From Trichoplax sp. H2 (lineage: Eukaryota), in NCBI GenBank assembly GCA_003344405.1, contig NOWV01000027.1, forward strand, positions 558,001 to 622,000: DNA of 64,000 nucleotides. The letters are read 5' to 3'. This document shows positions 40,243 through 53,784 of the stretch, one piece after another. A program made the position numbers and the translations under genes. The notes under the pieces were generated by a model. The model searched no databases, was not told the DNA's origin, and saw only the letters and a program-made list of their open reading frames with translations. The stretch's first letter is position 1. Every line of letters begins with the position of its first letter.

Positions 40243-43200
40243 TTACTTTCCACCATGTTTACGTTTGTTGCGATTGCCTATACAGAAATTATCGATTTGA
40301 AAATTTTAATGTCTAAATTTCGAAACATTTTTAATATTCGATCTGATATACCATTGATCATTACAGCACGTCGTACCTGAACCCTTTCCAGATCTTCCTT
40401 GATTACCTTTATTCCCAGACCAGTTTTCATCATTCTGCGATTGTTGAACACGACGTCTATCTCGACTTTGTTCTCGCCAATCTGAAACGATCACTTATTA
40501 GTAAGATATCGCACTAGCAGATACTATCCATTTATATGATTAATCTCCTACAGAATACCTCTACCTTTATTTATCTGGTATCCATGCCTTTCATGTAAAA
40601 TTTTCTCATTCGTATCGGCTAAGGCATATATCTATATAAGAATAAATGATTGTCAATACATGCTAATTAGTACTTCTACCAACGTGGTTAAATATGCTAT
40701 CACATAAAATATTACATTCAGCTTACCTTATCGGCAATTTGAATAGCTAAGTTCTGTAATTTTGTTGGTTCACATTTATGCATCATTAAAGTTTCTGTCG
40801 GTTCATCCCATGATGCCTGGAAACCCAAATGATAATAATATAACACAACAGACACATTAAATATATTAAAAGTAATATAAACTGACCTGCAATTCGTCAT
40901 TCATAATCATTTTACTGATAGTTCTGTAAACATCGGAAGATTCCATTCCGAACATTTCTGACAAGCTACTTAGGCTATTATCAAAAATAAAGAAAATTAG
41001 GTATTACTTCCGTTTATATCGACGCAACATTTGTAACATGATTTACCTTAGTGAACTATAAACTCCACCGTACGTAAATAAGTAAGTTCGAAGGCTCTCT
41101 TCACGGATCTTCCTAAAAAATTGAAATATTGAGACTGTTAGTGAAATCGTACATTCCATTTGAAATAAGAGGATAAAACATACTTTAGTAGCATCGCCTT
41201 AACAGTTTCAGGCTCCGTGAAAAGGTCCCAAACCTATAAATGATGTATAGATGGTAAAAATAACTTGAGCAAAATAGCACTTTAAAATTCCTTAATAGCA
41301 ATATATTTATGTTTCGCTAGTATGAACCTTAATTCTTAAGATATAATCACTACATGCTTTCCAATCACCAGTTCTCATAGCATGGGCGGCTGCTATTACT
41401 TGTTCTCTCATATTTTCTGGTGGTCCTATTATTATAAACACGATTTCATGTTAGCAAATAAATTATTGTGTTACAAAGCAGAAAAAGTAACGCAACTAAT
41501 TCCCAAGTATAATTACCAACCGACAAGTGTCTGACGTTCGCTATTCCTTAGCTGAAAGTGAAAATTTTTGCTTATAAGCCTGCGGCGGTTATACTCATGA
41601 GCTGTAAATACAAGAGCACATTCGTGTTTCCACGTTATTATTTAGTATAATTACATAGTTATATCTAAATAGGCAGTATTACTAACCAGCCATATAAGGA
41701 ATTTCCAGGAGCATAGCTGACGTAAGATAACAACATTCTATTAACTCTGTATTTATGTGCATATGAAATGGTATCTGGAAATAGAAGAAACTACCATGAG
41801 AACCTGCAATAGAGTGTCTAAATCCATTGATTATAAGTGTAATTAAGGTACCTGTCGTTGGCGCTCGAGCTTTTCTTGGTCTTTCGTTTTATCCGATTGA
41901 CGTTGAGAAAAACCCTTTTCATGTGATTATAATTTTACAGTTAAAAAGGAACACCAGTACTTGGGTATTTACATATATATAATAAGCTAACCTGTGCCAA
42001 TAACTCTCGAACACGATTTGTGACTTGTAACTCAACTAAACAGTTGTGAGCATTTTTAATAATTCCATGACGAAAAGCACACAAACCCAACTGTACCATA
42101 GTGCGATTATATAATACTTGCGTAGGTATATCTGAAAATTGAATTGATTCTTGCAAGTGTGACATTAGCATAAGATCTCTAGCATCAGTCCAACGATCAT
42201 GTATGGCATGATGATACGTTTGACAAAGCATGGCTCGAGTACGAATTCTTTCTGTTTGATCTCTTTTGTAAATGTAGTTGCATAGTCGTGCCATTTCTTC
42301 TTTAGAATTATTCGTGCCTTCCTCTTCTTCTTTGGGTTCATTTTTTTCTTCATCATCGTCATTGTTTTCGCTCTTGGACGTTGTCTTGGCCAGTAAAGTA
42401 TCATACTGCAAAGAAATTTATTTTAAACCGGTGACATATTAAATATTAATGAAATATGGTATCTATAGTAGTTTAGAATAATAGGCCATACTAACGTACC
42501 TTATAATACATATGCTCAATTCTTCGTAAATAGACTTTGCAAGTATCAGACGCAGGAAAGTTATTTTTCTCTACTAATTTCTGAGTTCTCTTAATAATTG
42601 CTGTAACGATACTTTCATCCTTCAATCTGCCAGAATTTTGTAATCAATCATTTATGGACAGTTAGGTAGGAATTTTTTTATCTTTACTACCCTTTACTGT
42701 CTATAAAGTAAGTTTAAATTGACGAAAAGCAAATATACCTCTGAACATATTCCAGAGAGTGTGCATCACATGATTGTAAAATCTTAGTAAATTCATCGTC
42801 CATTCTTTCCACCAAGGTAACTACACATCCTCGTACTTGGTATGGAAGATTCGGATCCTACATCAAATCATAAAGATTTAGATTTATTGCCCTTGAATAG
42901 GACAAGGCAACAATATAGAATCAGTCAGTTACGTACAATAATATTTTCAGATTCCTCTGGTATATTCATGCCAGTAGTAATCTCAGGATGATCTAACAGC
43001 ATATCCACCAAAGTGACTATGAATTCGGTACACCTAATTATAAAAAAATATCAAGTAAGATAATCTATCTAAAACTTTTATCGAATATCGCATGCGGAGA
43101 ACTAACATCTTCCAGTACTCTTGCTTCATGCTATTTACGAGGACAGCAACAGCACTATCGTAAATTGCTGATATCAATCCAACAAGTATCTTTACAGAGA

Positions 43201-46200
43201 GGGCAGTAGCTGCAAGAAAACGTAATCATAAATAAAGCAAATTCATCATCGTAAGATAGATGCTGGAACGTATAAGAAAGATGCTTACATAAATTTTCGC
43301 GCGATGTGATCTGTAATAATTCCTTGAAGGTGTTGATAACTTCACGACGATCCGTAGACTATAAAGTAGATTGGTAAGATAATAAATTGTTTTTATTCCA
43401 ATCAACAATAGGGTTTCCGATCGCAAGAAATTTGATCAAATTTTTCTTTACCTTTTTCCCTCGGACAGCTACAATCTCCTGAACTTTAACCAGTACCGAT
43501 TCATTTGTAATTTCTGCATCTTTTCCAAATAAGGCCTTGTCGGGAGATTTATCTTTTGATACTTTTGCTTCTTCCGCCGATAATTCGTTATCATCTTTCG
43601 GAGCTACTTGCTTCGATCCTTTTCCTTTCCTTCTTTTGCTATCTCTTGCTACGGTTCCGGCGGTGCTAACATTCAGAATAGTCGTTATAAGGTGAGTAAT
43701 CATAAGAAATGGATAGGCAGTATCATTAGAGTATCGTCAACATCGCTACTATTACATAGAATTGCGCTTGTGAAATAGAAAGTGATCGCACTGACTATAT
43801 TAACAAGCATTTATATATCGTATCGTATTAGCAAATTATATTTTGTCAATCAGAGTATAATTTACATTGACGTAGATTAACGACGAGGATAGCTGTAATT
43901 GATTCGAACAAGATTGAATTACTAAATGACTTATAGAGCGAAGGGTAATAACTAGAAGATGTCATCAATTAATCTCAATATTTTAACCGTTAATTAAATA
44001 AACTTACGACTTTAAGAAAATGCTAGGGCCTGTCGCCTTTGAACCACCACCACCTTCTTTATCAGACCCATCATCTTCATCTTCAGAAGCACTCCAGTCA
44101 TCGCCATCACTCTCGCTTTCACTGCTGCCAGATTTCAAAAATTGGCTGCGACCAGTCGTATTTTCTGGCTTTTTTGTAAAGTCCATAACATCTCCATCAT
44201 CCATATCTTCATCACTTTCATCTTCCTCTTCACCTGAAGTAATTATGTCCGTGAAGGTAAAAGAATGCCATTTAGTGTCTCTTTACATCAGTGAAGATGA
44301 AATAGTAATGCAAGCACTTAGTTTTTATTGTATATAGGGCTATATACCTGATACATTTGAATCTTCATCCACGTCGGGATTCTAAAACATTATTAAAGTA
44401 ATAAGTATCTTTTAACTTTTAACGACATGTAAGTATAATATTGAGTTACTACAACGCTATAGGGGTTACCTCTCGATACGCAGCCATATCATTTTCAAAG
44501 TCGCGAACATACTTCTTCATTTTTTGACGCAATGCACCTAAAGCCTATGAATTACAATAAGTATTACTTGCGTTAGTAATATTATTTTATGCCATATCGT
44601 AGCAAAATCTTCTGTATGAGATGTTATCTACTGCTGGTATCGAAGAGATTTTCTTTACCTTTGCATTGATTTTACTTAGCTTTTTCTTAGTATCTTTATC
44701 ATCCCATATCTATTTGAATATTAATAGCAACAGTAGCGATTTTAACAAGCACCATGGAATTCCCAGTTATCATTACAAAGTCAATGACGTTATTATCTTT
44801 TGCACTTTTTCATATAGCAATCTGTGATGTAGTTACCTCTTTAATATAGTCTTCCAATTCTACTAAGTACTTAACATAGAATTTAGGGATACCCGTTTTA
44901 TCAATGATGTTCTTTGCCTTCTGATAGATTTTCCCAAGGAGTTCAAAATCTGTATGATTGAAAAGTTTAAAGTTTTATATTATTAGACAAAAAGTGATAA
45001 AGATAGCACGATGCGAACATGATAGTTAACCATAGAATAATCAACGAGAATTTATTTCAATGGTACAGTACAGTTAAATCTTTTTTATCTTGCCTGATAG
45101 CACTTTGGCAATGTCGTTAATTTTCTTATGGTTTTTAAGAGCTCTGATGGCATCTTTTAATTCATCAAATCTGTCGATATAAATTTTAGACTCGATATAA
45201 TATTTTGACCGTATAAACAAAATAAAAAGTGCGCATTTCCCGATTGCTGTACAGGACTGAAAAATGCAACACCAGACATTGCATATCCTCTATCAGTCGT
45301 TAATAGGATCGATATCACGGAAGCACATAATATTACCACATTTCGGTAAGGTACTTTTTGTTATAGTATTCATTCATAAAAGCATACAGTATTATGAAAG
45401 AGATGTTTCTGATATATTTATAATTAATTACACTATCAACCTAGCTGTATCTGCTAATTACTGTTTTAATTTTAAAAGTCGATTCTACTACCATTCAATT
45501 CTATCTGTAATGTATTATCGCAAATATGCATAGCAATATGCCTAAATGTTGACCCATGATTATATGCAAAAGTAAAACACGAGCAGATTCTACGGTGTAT
45601 CTTAGGTAAGATTATCTTACTAAAAGCGTGTAGCAAACAATCACAGTCATATCCCAACCGTTTATCCTTATGGCTTTTAACCACTCTTTTGACATCATCT
45701 TCATCATCGCTCTGGGCAAATAAGCTATAATAGGTCAAAAATTGAATCCAATATTAGCTACCATGTTTCTAGTAGTGTGTATTACCAGTTTTGAAAGAAA
45801 TTAAAATAAGATTATCCATACAGTACAATCCATTGCTGATGTTTTAATTACTATTGTCGACATTGTACAATTGCTATCAAGTATTTTTTGTGCTGTAGTT
45901 TGATTCAGATTAGGACTACTTGGTCTAGAAAGGACGCCAATATGTGATATATTGAAGACGTTTTCGATTGAACTATTGGATGTATGGTAGTTGTCATCCA
46001 TTGATTGGTAAGTCACTACTTCAAGATGTCCTCTATACGGATGAGATATGCAAATTGAATCTTGTAGCGGGCAGCTATTCTATCCTCAGAAGAGCCGTGG
46101 TGTAGCGAACTCATTGAAAATGGCAGGTGACAAATCATTGGATATGATTTAGGCAAATACAACACCTAATAGTCACGTTTTGTGGAAGTATTATGTCAAT

Positions 46201-46505
46201 GTTCATCCAGTCTACTAGCAAGTGCCAATACAAGTGAACAAAGATGGAACCTAACAAGTTTTAATAGGACTATGATGATGATTTGGCCACTTGTGCGGCT
46301 AGAAAAGGCATCGAATGAGAAATACAAAGACACTGATGGAAGCCACTAACTAGGCAGTGTATGACTTGAAGGAAAATGAGCAGATATCAAGTGTTTCAAT
46401 TACTATATTAAGAACAAACTTGGTTGTAATTCGTTGTGGTGCTTGTTCCTCTTCTGATGATGTGGATTCAGAGTCCGAATCTGAACCACCAAAGAAACGA
46501 GACAT
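40243..46505 (-). CDS. EIF3C: Eukaryotic translation initiation factor 3 subunit C, 26 exons
   Basis: [94 protein letters not shown] and a PCI domain; ends ...[11 protein letters not shown]. One intron is GC-AG. Confidence 0.97.
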
Positions 46506-46599
46506 GTTTGATCGATTTAACGTTAATGGAGAGCTGCAAATCGACCCAGAACTTGGCAAGTTGGGATAGGAAAAACGTAGTTCGACAACGTGAAAATTT

Positions 46600-48001
46600 T
46601 ACACATGCGTATAAGTATTTCTCAGTCCCACGGCGGACCGTCGAGGTTCCGGTACCTGTAAGCCGTACAGTACGTACTGTACTATACTACTGTACTGTAC
46701 TGTATGTACTGTACTGTACAGTAGAAGCATTTTCCTTGATGGAGTCTGAAGCCTTTCCGATCGATAGTACTGTACTGTACACTGTACACTGTACAGGATA
46801 CTGTACTGTATCCCATACAGTAGTACAGCGTATTATACTACACTTCGTTCAGTTCATCCCAGCGTATTGTACAGTATTGGAGTGGACAGGAGGGGCTGGT
46901 TTGCAACACTGCCCGCACGTGGCGCATGCTACTGCGTAATGCACAGTGCGCACTGTACAGTGTACAGTGTACAGTACAGTACAGTCGTGATGGCTGTAGT
47001 GTACTGTACACTATCCATCTTTGACTGTGTGTACTGTAGATTTCCAGCAGTAACAGTATCGTATACTGTACACTGTACACTACTGGATCCCATAGACAGT
47101 ACACTGAGTACAGTATAGTAGTAACAGTACTGTACCTTCTGCAAGGGTGAAGTTGTCAATTTAAACTGACTGATTCTACAGAATGCAATCGGTCTGATTT
47201 GATAAATAAAAATACTCGTTGATTTTGAAGTGATTGAAATACCAAGATACTTGTGAGCGGCACTACAGTTGGAGTTCACTACGAGTTAAGAACGCCATGA
47301 CATGTACTCGACTATACTATCGTCTTTGAGGACCGCTGGCCCGATTTGGACCAGACCGGACCATACCGTGCAAAACGGTACACTTCTACAGTACAGTACA
47401 GTACTGTAGAGTCGAGTACTGTACTGTACTGTACAGTACAAACCAAACTCGCTACAGTACGGTTTGTAAAGAGTGTACTGTACTGTACTGTACGGTACTG
47501 AAGAGAAAAGACACGGACGCAGCAGCAGCAGCGCTAAACGCCCCGTACAAAAATGTGCTCCTTGGAGTCTGGAAAGGGTCTCTACTGCGCATGATCTCTT
47601 CCAAGGGCGCTCAGTCACCAGTACCTGTACTGCGCAACACTTGGACTCAAATTATCCCGTACTGTACGTACTGCATAAATTGGCTCCATCGTACAGTACA
47701 GTACCGTACAGTGCTATAATGCAAGTCTACTGTAGCTAGTTCCGTACATCACTGTCTGGCTGATAGAGATGAAAGAAAAACCGTTCCATCATCGAGGTGA
47801 AAAGCTTTTCTCCTCCTCATTTCCCACAATTCACCGCTGCAACGCATTACGACACCAGTCAGTCTGTGCAACGATTCATCATCCTTTCGGTGTGAGTGCA
47901 GGCTTTGGGGAGCGGCCATTTTTCAGGCAGTTTCGTCTACAAACCGACAATTCTATCCATATTGATCAAGATTTTGTTACTTCCACGCTATTAATACAAC
48001 A
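46600..48001. promoter_or_regulatory. Divergent eIF3c / beta-adaptin promoter with dense CAGTA/TACTG tracts and a probable non-coding first exon (donor near 48002)
   Basis: CAGTA/TACTG tracts at 46665-47135 and 47385-47730. CACGTG and GCGCATGC near 46916-46929. YY1-like GCGGCCATTTT near 47912. GTAAGT donor at 48002 and polypyrimidine/AG acceptor at 48388. Confidence 0.65.
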
Positions 48002-48393
48002 GTAAGTATGATTTAACATAATACATGGGTACTTGACCAGTGGAAGGGTATTTTTCCCCCTCTTTTACGACATACAATTATCTGGCGTCTACGGTATTTC
48101 ACTTCTCTATTTCATAACTTTTGACTTCGTCACGCAGACACACTGCTATAGTGTTGTACAGGATAGCTCTCCTACATATTTAGATACTTTTTAGCTATAC
48201 TTTAACAGTATTGGCCAAGGTAGTTGATGGTAGCTCGATGATTCAGTACAAGACTAACTTTTCTTATTACTGTATCCACCAGATATCAACCAAATTAATG
48301 CTAAACTCTTTCTGTGCTTGCATTGGACCTCTTCTTTCCTCAAATACTCAATTTAAGTAATAAAGACTTATTTTTTTTTCTCTTTCAGCCATC

Positions 48394-51300
48394 ATGACGG
48401 ACTCCAAATACTTCACCACAACTAAAAAAGGCAAGTAGCTACTGTGAATGATATATTCATTCATGCAAATAAACTTGCTCGATCGCTCTCGGTAGTACAT
48501 AAATTGACAGGTTGATAGTCGATATACCAACATTTTTAACTTGGAAATTCACTGCTATGCACATAATACGGCTCAACATGAGGGATACATCAGTTTAATT
48601 GTCTTTAAATATCTTGTATCTTATTATTTAAAGGTGAAATCTTTGAGCTCAAAGCGGAGCTAAACAGCGACAAAAAAGATAAAAAGAAGGAAGCTGTTAA
48701 GAAAGTAATTGCTAGCATGACTGTGGGAAAGGACGTGAGGTAAATCATGCGATATTGTAACTACTGTTTACGACCGCGCTTGCAATGACATTCAACCTGA
48801 TCAGTTATTATCGGTACTTAACTAGCATCGTTTTTTTATATATTAAAGTATAGCTTAGTCCTTCCACTTTCATCATCATCAATGTTCCTACTTTAGCTTC
48901 TGTTGCTGATTCAAAAGTGATAATATCTTACTATTGTTGCTGTACATGTCGTATTAACAGATTTGTATTTTTTTAATACATCAACGCTATTCAGCTCTCT
49001 ATTCCCTGATGTTATCAATTGCATGCAAACCGAAAATTTAGAATTGAAAAAGTTGGTCTACTTGTACTTGATGAACTATGCTAAAACCCAACCTGATATG
49101 GCTATCCTGGCTGTCAATACCTTTGTCAAGGTTGACCTTGTCTTTAATGTCTATTCTATATAGTATATTATTGATAATATAGTAAATTACCAAAGGTAAC
49201 ACAATTGTACAATATGATATACCATTAGGATTGTGAAGATCCCAACCCACTTATTCGAGCTTTAGCTGTAAGAACGATGGGTTGTATTAGAGTGGATAAA
49301 ATCACTGAATACTTATGTGAACCTTTAAGAAAATGCCTTAAAGATGAAGATCCATACGTTCGCAAAACAGCGGCTGTTTGCGTTGCTAAATTGCATGATA
49401 TTAATTCCCAACTTGTTGAAGATCAGGGCTTCTTGGAAAGTCTCAGAGAAATACTATCAGATTCCAATCCAATGGTTTGTAACTGTTAATATAGAGCCAT
49501 TTTTGAAGTAAAGCTGCATGCTTATTAGTACTAGTATTGGTGTAAGGTATGCTATTGAAGAATAATACTATTGACAGGTTGTTGCTAATGCTGTTGCCTC
49601 TTTGAGCGAGATTCACAAAACTTCTCCAAATCCAACTGGTGTATTTGATATGAATTCTGGAACTGTAAACAAGCTCTTGACTGCTTTAAATGAATGTACT
49701 GAGTAAGTTGTGATTAAGCCTGCTTTTGATATTGCCTATAAGTAATGGAAATCATTATAAGTTATCCCTTTAGCGTATGTTGTATATCTTTGACATACTC
49801 TATTTTTCTATAGATGGGGACAAATCTTTATATTAGATGCTATTGCAGAGTACCAACCAGTCAGTGACCGCGAAGCACAAAGGTTACTATTTTGCAGCAT
49901 GCATTACTGTTATATGTAATTTTATTCTAGTGAAATTGTAAATACGTGCATGTTTTATATTGATGCTATCCCAATACTGAATTTTAAAAATATAGCATTG
50001 TCGAACGTGTAACACCACGTCTTTCTCATGCTAATGCTGCCGTAGTATTGTCCGCTGTAAAGGTAATGGACATTACATCTTCTGATAATATCTCCTTATA
50101 TGGCGAATTTATAATTTATCCACTTTATCATTGCATAGGTCTTGATGCAAATGATGGAAATTATCAAGAATGATCAAATTATTGACCAACTAAGCAGAAA
50201 GCTGGCACCGACATTAGGTACTAGTGGATTGAGCCTAAAACGTACTTTTGTTATTCAAGGGATTTTTTACTAAGAAGTGATCAAACTGTCTTGTTTTGGT
50301 TCAGTTACCTTGTTATCATCGGAACCTGAAATTCAGTATGTCTCCTTGAGAAATATTAACCTAATAGTTCAAAAACGGTGCGTATTTAGATTTAAGAATA
50401 ATTATAATTAGTCTTATTGATGATGCAGCCATAATTTGCCTATTTCGTCTTTATTAGGCCGGAAATCTTAAGAAACGAAATAAAAGCTTTCTTCGTTAAA
50501 TATAATGATCCAATTTATGTTAAACTGGAGAAACTTGATATTATGATTCGCTTATCGACTTCGAGTAACATTGCACAAGTATTAGCTGAATTAAAAGAGT
50601 ACGTTATAAATAAATTGATCACTGATAATTAAATTACTTGCATAATACACATTGAAATTCTTTAATTGCATTACGTATCGTAACAAGTTGCTGTAGCCAT
50701 GAGCCTTATAACAGCAGCATGTAATGCTATAGTTATAATCACTATTTAATGTAAATTTAATTATATTCAGATACGCAACCGAAGTTGATGTTGATTTTGT
50801 ACGCAAATCTGTTCGTGCGATTGGTCGTTGTGCTATTAAAGTCGAGGTTTGTACATTTAATAATTCGATAAATGAGGTATCGAGAATGTACGCTAATGAA
50901 TGGTATAATTTTTAAAATTAGCAAGCCGCAGAGAAATGCGTCAGCACATTGATTGACCTTATACAAACTAAAGTCAATTATGTAGTCCAAGAAGCTGTTG
51001 TAGTCATTCGGGTGAGTCTACATATATATATGTTTCTATCACAGCAAAGGTCAATTACGACTTTACAGCATTATTCATACATTCCTTTACGTCTTGCACT
51101 TTAGGATATATTTCGCAAATATCCTAACAAATACGAAAGTATCATCTCTACACTTTGTGAAAATTTAGATTCCTTGGATGAGCCTGACGCAAAGTAAGAA
51201 ATTAATGTGATTGAGTTGGTAGTAATTTTAGACATTGCCTCTAGTCATAATTTGTTTGCGACGGAAGTACTGCAGAGCAGAAACGTATATTCATGATGTT

Positions 51301-53784
51301 TCTGTTTTGATGTCTTCCAAGAGACTGCGCTTATCAGACAAGTGAAAATGTTAAACCAGTAATATTTCACCTCACGATGAGCATATATTGTTACTGAAGT
51401 AAAGATGGCATTCATTAGATTTAATGCTAGAACCTAGTACTAGATTTACACATTTATTGTACTGTAGGGCATCAATGATATGGATTGTTGGAGAGTATGC
51501 TGAGAGAATTGATAATGCTGATGAATTACTCCAGTCATTCTTGGACGGTTTCCACGATGAAACAACACAGGTATAAATGGATATAAAGTAATAAATGATC
51601 CTCTTGCTATGTTCTAATTCCTTATATTAAAATCTATAGGTACAACTACAGTTACTCACTGCCATTGTCAAGCTCTTTTTGAAGCGTCCAGCCGATACAC
51701 AGGATCTTGTTCAGTCTGTTTTGAGTTTGGTCACGCAAGAAAGCGATAATCCTGATCTGCGTGATCGTGGCTATATTTACTGGCGTCTATTATCAACGGA
51801 TCCAGCAGCTGCCAAAGTAAGATGAATTTATTAATTAATTTTCTCATTACGTTCTGACCATTACATTTACCTTTAATTGTAGGAAGTAGTATTAGCTGAA
51901 AAACCTTTAATTGCTGAAGAAACCGATTTATTGGAGCCTACGCTACTTGATGGTATTATTATTATTTATATATGTAAACTATACTACGTAATCATATAGT
52001 ATAAGCGGCGCTCTATAATCAAACTATCTTGCTGATTCTCATGTTACTGTATTTCCTTATTTTAGAGTTAATGTGTCATATATCAACTTTGGCCTCTGTT
52101 TATCATAAGCCTCCTAGTTCTTTTGTTGAAGGAAACTCACCCATCAGAAAGCTTCCTATACCGCGTGAAAGGTACTTTGCATTTTTAGGTTAAATTGTTA
52201 CTGTGAAGCTTATATTTGATGTAATTTGTTATTTATTTGCAATAGCACTACGTCCTCAGATAACACTGATGCAGCTGAAAACCAAGTTCAAACACAACAA
52301 CAACCTGCTGCTGCCGCCCCTGCTCAACCTACGGTAATTTCTACTCCTCAAGAGTCTGCTGTAGCAATGGATCTATTAGGCGACTTAGCATCCTTTGACT
52401 CAACACCATCTACAACTGCCAACGACATGTACGCTCCAAATGTGCAACCTGCTGGTAGCAGTGTAATTGATCTGCTATCTGGTACCTTGGATTCATTACA
52501 AATGGGTGGCAATACAGCTGGAAATCAAAGTGGCGGTCTTAGCAGTCTTACGGATATGTTTTCGACAGGGACTTCTACATTTTCTGAACCGAAAGTGGTT
52601 TGGCTATCTGCTGCTCAAGGCAAAGGCTTAGAGATTAGCGGAACATTTTCCCTCCGTCAAAATGTAGTCCATATGGATATGACTTTCACGAATAATGCAA
52701 TGCAAGCGATGGGTGGATTCGCGATTCAATTTAACAAGAACAGGTTCCGTTTTAATTTTAAAACATTATCCCCCTCTTTTACAGTGAGATATTGCCATTT
52801 ACTAATGATTCTTTTATATGAATAGTTTTGGTCTTGTCCCTGCAGCACAATTAGAAGTTAGATCACCATTGCCACCAAGACAAAGTGCTGATTCTTCACT
52901 TCAGTTGAAGCCTTGTACGTATACTACTTTCGATATTTGCTTTTATATTTACACATCATGATAAATACTAATATTTGTTTCTTATTTTGTGTGATTTAAA
53001 AAAGTGGGCGCTATCCTTAAAATGGATCCATTGAACAAACTTCAAATTGCCATTAAAAATAGCATTGATGTATTCTATTTTGATGTATTAATACCGTACC
53101 ATGTATTATTTGTCGAGGATGGTAAGCTGGAAAGTAGGGAATTTCTCACGCAATGGAAGGAGATACCAAATAATAGCGAACGCTCTTTCGATATCAACAA
53201 TGTACCAGCTTCATCAGGTTAAAGTTGGATAATTAAATTGTGATATACGTCGTAAACATAAAAAATTAATTGCGTGATTGCATAAATTTTTCCAGACGCG
53301 ATCGAGAATAAACTTAAGATGAGCAATGTATTCACTGTTGCTAAACGTAATGTTGACGGACAAGTAAGTTATAGAACTTTTCTTAACTAGTAAAGATTTA
53401 TGAAAAGCTTATCGACGTTAAATCTACAGTACTGAACATTAAAAGTATACTGCGATTATGATTAAGTTGTCTGACTGATGCCATATACGTTAAAAGTGTA
53501 ATGATTGCTTAAATTTCTAATGTGACTTTTAAACTTTCAGAATATGCACTATATGTCATTGAAATTTACGAATAACATATTAGTGTTGGCTGAACTAAAG
53601 ATCCAATCTGGAAATCCAACTTTGAAGGTATGTAGATGATTTGGATGTAAAATAAAAACTAATTGTTAAATTAATTGATACGTAATTGACCACTTTTGTC
53701 TTTTTGTAGCTGGCCCTGAAGAGCTCAATTGCAGAAGTTCTCCCTGGAGTCTATCAGGCCTTTGAGTTAATTTTGCACAGCTAG
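48394..53784 (+). CDS. AP2B1/AP1B1: AP-1/AP-2 adaptor complex beta subunit (beta-adaptin), 23 coding exons
   Basis: [25 protein letters not shown]...[81 protein letters not shown], plus ear domain [12 protein letters not shown]. The first coding intron is GC-AG. Confidence 0.98.

Noticed and set aside
44020..44337. Ser-rich 105-aa + strand ORF (similarly 4077-4265, 14387-14596, 19224-19448, 56470-56805)
   Set aside because: These are antisense shadows of real exons.
46436..47739. Cluster of overlapping 83-167 aa ORFs between eIF3c and beta-adaptin
   Set aside because: They arise from the stop-poor CAGTA repeat in the promoter and show no domain signal.
47765..48000. GC-richer segment considered as a possible snRNA/ncRNA or 78-aa ORF
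   Set aside because: It has no recognisable snRNA, tRNA or SRP hallmarks and is better explained as the beta-adaptin promoter or non-coding first exon.
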